62,834 nt of DNA from Actinomycetes bacterium (lineage in GTDB: Bacteria; Actinomycetota; Acidimicrobiia; Acidimicrobiales; Bog-793): positions 1 through 62,834 of the forward strand of contig JAKABX010000002.1 of assembly GCA_021796545.1 (NCBI GenBank), written 5' to 3'. A program made the position numbers and the translations under genes. Numbering within the stretch: the stretch's first letter is position 1; every line of letters begins with the position of its first letter. The notes below the pieces were generated by a model. The model had not been told where the DNA came from, ran no database searches, and saw only the letters and a list, made by a program, of their open reading frames with translations. Below, in pieces: positions 40,761 to 47,218 of this stretch.

Positions 40761-40798
40761 GAAGTCACGATTCCACTCGGTGGAAGTCACCGGTGACT
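40761..40798 (-). promoter_or_regulatory. Direct repeat GAAGTCAC x2 (22-nt spacing), the second embedded in a perfect 14-nt palindrome AGTCACCGGTGACT, upstream of the NarL-type RR
   Basis: Read directly: 40761-40768 and 40783-40790 GAAGTCAC, and 40785-40798 AGTCACCGGTGACT. Located in a locally AT-richer 130-nt gap between 40849..41847 and the RR gene. Confidence 0.3.
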
Positions 40799-40848
40799 CA
40801 AGAGTACCGGCAGTGGTCGCCATCGCGGCGCTGCCGGGAGGGTCGGGC

Positions 40849-41847
40849 TCACGCACCGGCCGGCGCGGCGCGTGGCGCCGGGTCGGTGCCCGCCGGGAGC
40901 GCCGGCGCACCGGCGAGCGCGAGGGACACGAGCGCGAGGAGCGGGCCGCTGTTCGGATCGGTCGCGCCGCCCGCGAGGATGCCACCGAGGTCCTGGCCGA
41001 ACAGCCAGATCCCGACCGCGACCGCCACCGCGGCAGCCAGCGTCGCCCGCGGGGCGCGCCCGCTCGCCAGACCGAGCGCCACGAGCGCCATCGCGACGGC
41101 GAGTGCGAGCGTCACCGCTCGCCCGTGCGTGCCGACCGCCGCGGCGACCGGGCCAACGAGGGTGAGGAGCGGGCGCGGTTCGCCGCTCGTCGCGCCGGTG
41201 ATCTCGGTGGCGAGGGCGTGGGGGGCGAGGTTCGCTGGCTGGAGGAGGAGCCCCGCGCCGAGCCACCAGACAGCCGCCACGACGAGGCGCGCGAGCCCGG
41301 CGGAAAAGAGCCCGACCCGGCGCACTGAGCCCGCTGTGGCGGCGCCCGCGGGTGCGGGCCAGGCGAGCAGCGCGCCGAGGCCGTAGAGCGCGACGGCGCC
41401 GGGCGCTCCGCTGAGGGGCGAGGCCCTCCCGCCGAGCACGCCGCCGAAGCCCTCGCCGAGCCACCAGACGGCCAGGCTCCACGCCAGCGAGGCCGCGAGC
41501 GCGGCGCGCGGGGCGCGTCCGAGGATCAACGCGACGCCGAGCACGATCTGGATCGCGGCGAAGAGCGCGTTCAGCGTCACGGGGTGGCTCGCGACGATCT
41601 GTGCCGCCGCACGGATCGGCGCCGCGAGGAGGTGGGGGTTTCCGGCGGCGACGGGGGCCAGGACCCCGCTCGCGAAGCGGCGGGTGAACATGACCGGCTG
41701 GAGCTGGAGGAGGCCATCGAGCAGCCAGAGCGCGCCGAGGGCGATCTGGACGCGTCGCTCCCGCACGCGACCGGGGGCCGGCAACGCGCGTCGCGCCGTG
41801 CTGCGCAGCGCGGCGAAATGGCCGGGACGTGCCATGGCAACGGGCAT
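40849..41847 (-). CDS. Polytopic membrane protein with tandem internal duplication (hypothetical)
   Basis: ORF 40849..42192 trimmed to ATG 41847 (GAGGAGG 9 nt upstream). Two homologous halves share W-L-x-G-L-L-LQP ... LG-x-AL-x-GRAPRA-x-LAA ... GG-[VI]-L-x-G-x-A-x-P-x-SG. Confidence 0.7.
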   Translation of the reverse strand: MPVAMARPGHFAALRSTARRALPAPGRVRERRVQIALGALWLLDGLLQLQPVMFTRRFASGVLAPVAAGNPHLLAAPIRAAAQIVASHPVTLNALFAAIQIVLGVALILGRAPRAALAASLAWSLAVWWLGEGFGGVLGGRASPLSGAPGAVALYGLGALLAWPAPAGAATAGSVRRVGLFSAGLARLVVAAVWWLGAGLLLQPANLAPHALATEITGATSGEPRPLLTLVGPVAAAVGTHGRAVTLALAVAMALVALGLASGRAPRATLAAAVAVAVGIWLFGQDLGGILAGGATDPNSGPLLALVSLALAGAPALPAGTDPAPRAAPAGA

Positions 41848-41952
41848 GGGAAACCGCCTCCTCTCGGCGACCGCTTGCGGCCGCAGGGACGCCCCGTCGG
41901 ACGTTGGTGTCGCCATGCTCCTCGCCACGGTGGGCGTCGGGAACCCGGTGAG

Positions 41953-41971
41953 TGCGGACCGTCGGTCCGCA
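41953..41971. promoter_or_regulatory. Perfect 19-nt palindrome TGCGGACCG-T-CGGTCCGCA flanked by GTGAG / TGTCAC in the divergent intergenic region
   Basis: Read directly from the sequence. Lies between the divergent membrane-protein gene (start 41847) and the cupredoxin gene (start 42205). Confidence 0.3.
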
Positions 41972-42204
41972 ATGTCACGGTCGTCTCCGTGAAACCCCGG
42001 ACGCGCGTGCGTCCCTGCGGGTGGCGCGCGTGCCAGATAGTGCCGGTGAGCTGGGGCGCGGCCCTCGATACCCGTAGTTCCACGGAGCCGACTACGCAGG
42101 ATTGCCCGTTTACGGTCCCGTGGCTTCCCGGTGCCGACGCGTCGGCGCGACCTCCAGCATGGAGCCAAGCGCTCCAACCGAGCGGAGCGCAAGGAGGTAG
42201 GAAC

Positions 42205-42723
42205 GTGGACAACACCCAGCCGCTGTCGTCACGACGGGTCGCCGTCGGCATCGGCAGCCTCCTCGGCGGTGTCGCGCTGTCGGCCGCCGCGGTGATCGGC
42301 GTCGCCGCGGGCGTCGGCGCGGTGTGGCACGCGACGAACCCGAGTGTCGCCCCCGCAGCAGCCGCGACGCCGGCCAGCTCCGGCGGCGCATCGCTCACCT
42401 TGACCATCAAGATGGCGTCCACCCCGGGCGGCGAGGCTCCCGTGTACGTCGGCAGCAACGGCGTCGGCGCCCCCATTCTTGCGACGCTCACCGCCGGGGT
42501 TCCGACCTCGGTGACCATCGTGAACAAGTCGCCGATGCCCCACACCTTCACCTCGGCAGCGCTCGGGGTGAACGAGACCATCCCGCCCGGCCCCTCCACC
42601 GTGCACTTCACCGTGAAGGCCACGAAGACCGGATTGGTGAGCTGGGACTGCGAAGTGCCCTGTGGGAGCTGGGTGATGTCCCACGCCGGCTACATGACCG
42701 GCGAGCTCAAGGTCGTCTCATGA
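42205..42723 (+). CDS. Membrane-anchored cupredoxin-like protein with CuA-like H-x35-C-x3-C-G-x5-H-x3-M motif
   Basis: C-terminal part of ORF 41584..42723 from GTG 42205 (AAGGAGG 7 nt upstream). N-terminal TM. MPHTFTS ... WDCEVPCGSWVMSHAGYMTGELKVV. Confidence 0.75.
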   Translation: MDNTQPLSSRRVAVGIGSLLGGVALSAAAVIGVAAGVGAVWHATNPSVAPAAAATPASSGGASLTLTIKMASTPGGEAPVYVGSNGVGAPILATLTAGVPTSVTIVNKSPMPHTFTSAALGVNETIPPGPSTVHFTVKATKTGLVSWDCEVPCGSWVMSHAGYMTGELKVVS

Positions 42724-43718
42724 GCGCCGTCACCGCCACCCGCCTGCACGGTCGCGCCGAGCGGCCCAGCCTCGACCCGGCGCACCAGGTCGAGATCCTC
42801 GTCGGCGCCGGGTACGCGATGCTCGCGTTCCTCGACCACCTCGGCGGCCGCGTCCTCGACGCGCTCGCCGCGCGCCGACTCGCCGCGCTCTCGAAGAACC
42901 ACCTGTCGTGGACCTCGAAGATGGTCCTCACCGGCGTCGGCATCCTCACGGTGGTGTTCGGGTGGGGCGTCGCCAGCAATATCGGCGGCGAGAACGCCTG
43001 GCTCACCGCCGGCCCCGCGGGTGCCGCTCAGAGCGCCCCGATCCCTGCCCAGGAGACGGCCGCGAGGGTCACGACTCCTTCTGCCGTCCGTCCTTCGACC
43101 CTAACCCCGACAAGCAAAGGAAGCCTCACAATGTCTGCGAGTATCCACCACTCGGTCCGCCACGTCGTCCTCGCCGGGCTGACCGGCGTCACGATGATGG
43201 GAGGCGCAGCAGCCCTCGCCGCGCCCGCCGGTGCCGCCGCGGTTCCGGCGTCGTCGCACGCCAGTGCGGTCGTCCACCGGACGCTCTCGATCGTCACCGC
43301 GAAGAACGGCTGGCCGGAGTTCGCCAACAGCAAGAACATCGTCTTCCCGAAGAACTCGACGATCGTCCTCACGATCAAGAGCAACGATGACGGCACCGGT
43401 GCCCTGCCGAAGAACGTCATCTTCTACGACAAGGTGATGGGCACGGTCGGGACTTCCGAGACCGTCGACGGCAAGACCGTCAAGGCCGTGAAGAACGCCG
43501 ACATCTCCCACACCTTCACCGTGCCGATGATCGGGCTGAACATCCCGATCCCCGCGGCGCCAAAGGGCAAGATCATCACTGTCCGTGCGACTTTCCACAC
43601 CGGCAAGGCCGGCAGCTACGCCTGGCAGTGCTACGCCCCTTGCGGGACCGGCGCCAACGGTGAGAAGGGACCGATGGTCGCGGCGGGCTACATGAAGGGC
43701 ACCGTCACCATCAAGTAA
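42720..43718 (+). CDS. Second cupredoxin-like protein; either a 332-aa fusion (N-domain + TM + linker + cupredoxin) or a 195-aa secreted form from internal ATG 43131
   Basis: ATG 42720 overlaps the upstream stop (ATGA). High GC3 from 42720. Internal AAAGGAAG-N7-ATG at 43131 precedes a signal-like segment. C-terminus SHTFTVP ... WQCYAPCGTGANGEKGPMVAAGYMKGTVTIK. Confidence 0.7.
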   Translation: MSAVTATRLHGRAERPSLDPAHQVEILVGAGYAMLAFLDHLGGRVLDALAARRLAALSKNHLSWTSKMVLTGVGILTVVFGWGVASNIGGENAWLTAGPAGAAQSAPIPAQETAARVTTPSAVRPSTLTPTSKGSLTMSASIHHSVRHVVLAGLTGVTMMGGAAALAAPAGAAAVPASSHASAVVHRTLSIVTAKNGWPEFANSKNIVFPKNSTIVLTIKSNDDGTGALPKNVIFYDKVMGTVGTSETVDGKTVKAVKNADISHTFTVPMIGLNIPIPAAPKGKIITVRATFHTGKAGSYAWQCYAPCGTGANGEKGPMVAAGYMKGTVTIK

Positions 43719-43731
43719 CCCCGCTCGATTC

Positions 43732-43771
43732 GAGCCCCGCCGACCCGGTGCGCCCCCGGGCGGCGGGGCTC
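43732..43771 (+). terminator. Strong GC hairpin 14 nt after the cupredoxin stop
   Basis: GAGCCCCGCCG ... CGGCGGGGCTC (11 bp) extended by CCCGG/CCGGG. No long U tract. Confidence 0.6.
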
Positions 43772-44009
43772 TGTCGCGCGCACCGAGGCTGTGTGCCGCC
43801 GGGGCCTGCCGACGGGCGCCAGGTCCGGCCCCGGTCGCGCCGCCTGCCCGGACGTCCAGCTGCGCGCCGTCGGTGACGGGCGCGTCGCCTCGGGCCGGTT
43901 TGCCCCTCCGGGTCTTGCCCCACGTCCGAGGTCCACCCTGCAAACGGCGCGACCGTCGCCCGAGAGGTCGTCGCGCGGCACGGCGCGTCCGGCGCCGGCG
44001 GCGGAACGC

Positions 44010-44837
44010 TCAGCGTGCGACGCTGCGGGTCGCGTCGGCGGCGGGCGAGGGCGTGGTGTGCCGCGAGGAGGCCGGGCGGAGTCGGGGCACGACGATCGGG
44101 CCGTCGCGTCCGGCGAGAATCTCGACGTCCGCGTCGAAGACCGTCGCGACGAGTGCCTCGGTGAGCACCTCGGCGGGCGTTCCCTCAGCGATGGCGGCCC
44201 CGGCGCGCAGCACGACGAGGCGGTCGGCATGCTGGCCGGCGAGCGTGAGGTCGTGCAGCGTGCAGAGCACCGACAGCGCGCGCTCGCGGCGCAGCTCGTC
44301 GGTGAGCGCGAGGACACGCTGGCTGTGCCCGAGGTCGAGCGAGGTGGTCGGCTCGTCCATCACGAGCACCGGCGCCTCCTGGACGAGCGCGCGGGCGAGC
44401 ACGACGCGCTGGGACTCCCCACCGGACAGCTCGGCGAGCGTGCGCCGCGCGAAGCCGCCGAGGTCGAGTCGCTCGAGGACCCCGGCCGCGACGCGGCGGT
44501 CGCGGGCGGTCTCCGCCCCGAGATAGGGGTGGTGGGCCGAGCGCCCGAGCAGGACGTAGTCGGTGACGGTCATTCCGCCGGGGAGCACGGGACGCTGGGG
44601 GACGTAGGCGACGAGCCGTGCCCAGGCACGCGCCCCGCACTCGTCACGTCGCCGGTCGGCGACGAGGATCTCGCCGTCGTGGACGACGAGGCCGGCGACA
44701 GCGCGCGCGAGGGTCGACTTGCCGGCGCCGTTCGGACCGATGACGCCGACGAACGCGCCGGGCGCGACGTCGAGGGAGACCTCGGCGAGCACGGGCCGTC
44801 CGCCGAGACGGACCGTCACGCGGCTGACCTCGAGCAT
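44010..44837 (-). CDS. ABC transporter ATP-binding protein (FepC/BtuD type)
   Basis: GPNGAGKSTLARAV, LSGGESQRVVLARAL and VLVMDEPTTSLD. ATG 44837 overlaps the permease stop (TGATG). Confidence 0.9.
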   Translation of the reverse strand: MLEVSRVTVRLGGRPVLAEVSLDVAPGAFVGVIGPNGAGKSTLARAVAGLVVHDGEILVADRRRDECGARAWARLVAYVPQRPVLPGGMTVTDYVLLGRSAHHPYLGAETARDRRVAAGVLERLDLGGFARRTLAELSGGESQRVVLARALVQEAPVLVMDEPTTSLDLGHSQRVLALTDELRRERALSVLCTLHDLTLAGQHADRLVVLRAGAAIAEGTPAEVLTEALVATVFDADVEILAGRDGPIVVPRLRPASSRHTTPSPAADATRSVAR

Positions 44838-45994
44838 CAAAAGGACCGCCGCGACTGGCGCAGGACGACGAGGAAGAAGGGTGCGCCGAGCGCCGCCGTG
44901 ACGACACCGAGGGGGATCTCCGCCGGGCTGAGCACGACGCGGGCGAGCAGGTCGGCGAGGACGAGGAAGCCGCCGCCGAAGAGGATCGCAAGCGGGAGGA
45001 TGCGGCGGTAGCTCGGGCCGAAGACGAGCCGGACGGCGTGGGGGACGATGATCCCGACAAAGCCGATGAGCCCGCTGACGGCCACCGCCGCGGCGGTCCC
45101 GAGCGTCGCCGCGAGGATGACGATCAAGCGGACGCGCGCCGCGCGCACCCCGATCGCGGTCGACTCGTCGTCACCGACACTGAGGGCGTCGAGCAGCCGC
45201 CGCGTCGAGAGGAGCACGGCGGCTGAGACACCGACGTAGGGGAGGATCATCAACACCTGTGACCAGCCCGCGGTGGCCAGTCCACCGAGGATCCAGCTGT
45301 AGACGACCTCGAGGTCCGGGGCGTTTCGCTGCTGGAGAAAGGTCTGCACCGCCGTGAAGAACGAGCCGACCGCAACCCCCGCGAGCAACAGCGGGACCGG
45401 CGCGCTCGCGGCTCGCCGTGAGCGGCCGAGCGCGAGCGTCGCCGCGACCGCCACGGCCGCGCCGAGGAAGGCCGCGACCGGCACCGGGTCGAAGGGGAGG
45501 TGTTGGAGCTGGGCCGCATCGACGACCGCGACCGTCGCGCCGAGCCCCGCCCCCGAGGCGACGCCAAGGAGGTAGGGGTCGGCGAGCGGGTTGGCGAAGA
45601 CGCCCTGGTAGGACGCGCCGGCGAGGGAGAGCATCGCGCCGACCAGCACGCCGAGGGTGACTCGGGGCAGCCGCAGCTGCCAGACCACCACCGCCCCGGT
45701 CGCCGACAGCCCCGGGTGCAGGTGCCAGGGGACGATCCGGGAGGCGATCTCCTCGAGCACGGCGGCGGCCGGCAGCCCCGCGGGCCCGACGACAACGCTG
45801 GCCGTCGCCGCGGCGAGCAGGAAAACGATACCGAGCACGACCTGCCAGGACCGAAGGCGCGTGGGCGACAGCGCGGTCGGCGCCGAGGGGAGCGCGACGA
45901 GCGGCGCCACCGGCTCGTCATTCCCGTGTGGCGCGACCGCGCCGAGCGCGTCGGTGCCGGCACCTCCGGGCGCGGCGCCGAGCGGGTCGGTCAT
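44837..45994 (-). CDS. FecCD-family ABC permease (BtuC-like)
   Basis: C-terminal 385 aa of ORF 44837..46906 from ATG 45994. About 9-10 TM. Typical FecCD C-terminus GVVTAALGAPFFLVVL. Confidence 0.9.
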   Translation of the reverse strand: MTDPLGAAPGGAGTDALGAVAPHGNDEPVAPLVALPSAPTALSPTRLRSWQVVLGIVFLLAAATASVVVGPAGLPAAAVLEEIASRIVPWHLHPGLSATGAVVVWQLRLPRVTLGVLVGAMLSLAGASYQGVFANPLADPYLLGVASGAGLGATVAVVDAAQLQHLPFDPVPVAAFLGAAVAVAATLALGRSRRAASAPVPLLLAGVAVGSFFTAVQTFLQQRNAPDLEVVYSWILGGLATAGWSQVLMILPYVGVSAAVLLSTRRLLDALSVGDDESTAIGVRAARVRLIVILAATLGTAAAVAVSGLIGFVGIIVPHAVRLVFGPSYRRILPLAILFGGGFLVLADLLARVVLSPAEIPLGVVTAALGAPFFLVVLRQSRRSF

Positions 45995-46920
45995 GCGCCG
46001 GCCGACACGGGAGCCCGCGCGACGGCCCGGCGGACGAGGTCGGCGAGGACCTCGAGCGTGTGCGGGCCCCACTGGGAGGCCACCGAGTCCGGCAGGGCGA
46101 CGACCTCGTGGTCCTTCACGGCACGCAGTGCCCCGAAGCCGGGGCGGTGCGAGAAGCGGAGGAAGTCCTGGCCGCAGCAGTTCGTGTCGGCGAGGAAGAC
46201 ATAGTCGGGATTCGCCTTCAACAGGTACTCCGCCGACAGCTGGGGGTAGGCGCCGCCGCGTCTTGCGGCGTCGGCGATGTCGCGCATGGCGAACAGCGCG
46301 AAGACCGCGCCGACGAAGGTCTTGGAGGTCGCGCTGTAAAGGGTCGGGTCGAGCTCGAGGTAGTAGGTCTTGCCCGCGGCACGCGCCCGGACCGAAGCGG
46401 CGGTCTTGGTCAGGTCGCCCACAAGTGCTTGGGAGACGAGCGCGGCGTGGCGCTCGTGGCCCGTGACCCGACCGAGCTCTCGCAGCTGCGCGCCGACCTG
46501 GGCGAGGCTCGCCGCGGGGGGCAGCAGGAGCGTCGGGATCCGGAGCTTCGCCAGCTGCGCGACGAGCGTCCCGGTGCTGAAGGCCAGGACCACGAGGTCC
46601 GGGCGCAGCGGCAGGTAGTCCTCCGCGCTCGACTCGAAGCCCGTGAAGCTCGTGCGTGGCGCATTCGCCGGCCAGGTCGAGTACTTGTCGACACCGACGA
46701 CCTGGGATCCGGCGCCGATCGCGTAGAGCATCTGGGTGGCGCTCGGCGATAGCGACAAGATGCGCGTCGGTCTGCTCGCCACGGTGACGCTGCCGTCGGC
46801 GCCCTTGACCGTGACGGGAAAGCCCGCCGACCCCGCCGCGGACGCCGTCGCGGTGATCGGGGCTGTCGAGCACAGTGCCGCGAAGAGTGCGGCGATGAAG
46901 GCCCACCTGGTCTTTCTCAT
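45991..46920 (-). CDS. Periplasmic-binding-protein type ABC substrate-binding protein (BtuF / siderophore type)
   Basis: ATG 46920 preceded by GAGGAGGAG. Signal peptide MRKTRWAFIAALFAALCS. RILSLSPSATQMLYAIGAG motif. ATGA overlap with the permease. Confidence 0.85.
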   Translation of the reverse strand: MRKTRWAFIAALFAALCSTAPITATASAAGSAGFPVTVKGADGSVTVASRPTRILSLSPSATQMLYAIGAGSQVVGVDKYSTWPANAPRTSFTGFESSAEDYLPLRPDLVVLAFSTGTLVAQLAKLRIPTLLLPPAASLAQVGAQLRELGRVTGHERHAALVSQALVGDLTKTAASVRARAAGKTYYLELDPTLYSATSKTFVGAVFALFAMRDIADAARRGGAYPQLSAEYLLKANPDYVFLADTNCCGQDFLRFSHRPGFGALRAVKDHEVVALPDSVASQWGPHTLEVLADLVRRAVARAPVSAGA

Positions 46921-46959
46921 GTTCTCCTCCTCATGGCCGAGGGGTGACACGGAGACCAG

Positions 46960-47190
46960 GGGCGGGACCCCTGCGACCCGCCCGTTGCCTCGACGCGCTT
47001 GGTCGCTTCCGACTGGCCAGGCGACCTGGCTCGTCCCCCGGGCAGCGGGGGATCACAGTTGCGGGACAGCGCCGGACTCACACCGGACTTCGCTGACCAG
47101 TCGGCTGCGAGGGCGAAGCTACCCGCCGCGCCAGCGCCTGGCAACCCTTTGTGCCGCCGAGCGTGCTGGCCCGTTGCCGCACCCGGCAAG
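46960..47190 (-). promoter_or_regulatory. Cobalamin riboswitch (boundaries approximate)
   Basis: Minus-strand leader contains GGTGCGGCAACGGG, CAAAGGG, the core GAAGTCCGGTGTGAGTCCGGCGCTGTCCCGCAACTGTGA (47091..47053) and a B12-box-like GAGCCAGGTCGCCTGGCC (47032..47015). It sits directly upstream of the BtuF-like gene. Confidence 0.75.
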
Positions 47191-47218
47191 GGCAAAGGCG
47201 CCTCTAGGCCCGGCGCGC

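Noticed and set aside
16956-43718. Functional link between the CtaG-like copper-insertion factor (16956..17951) and the CuA-motif cupredoxins (42205..43718).
   Set aside because: They are about 25 kb apart with many unrelated genes between them, so there is no positional evidence. It is mentioned only as a possible trans relationship to test.
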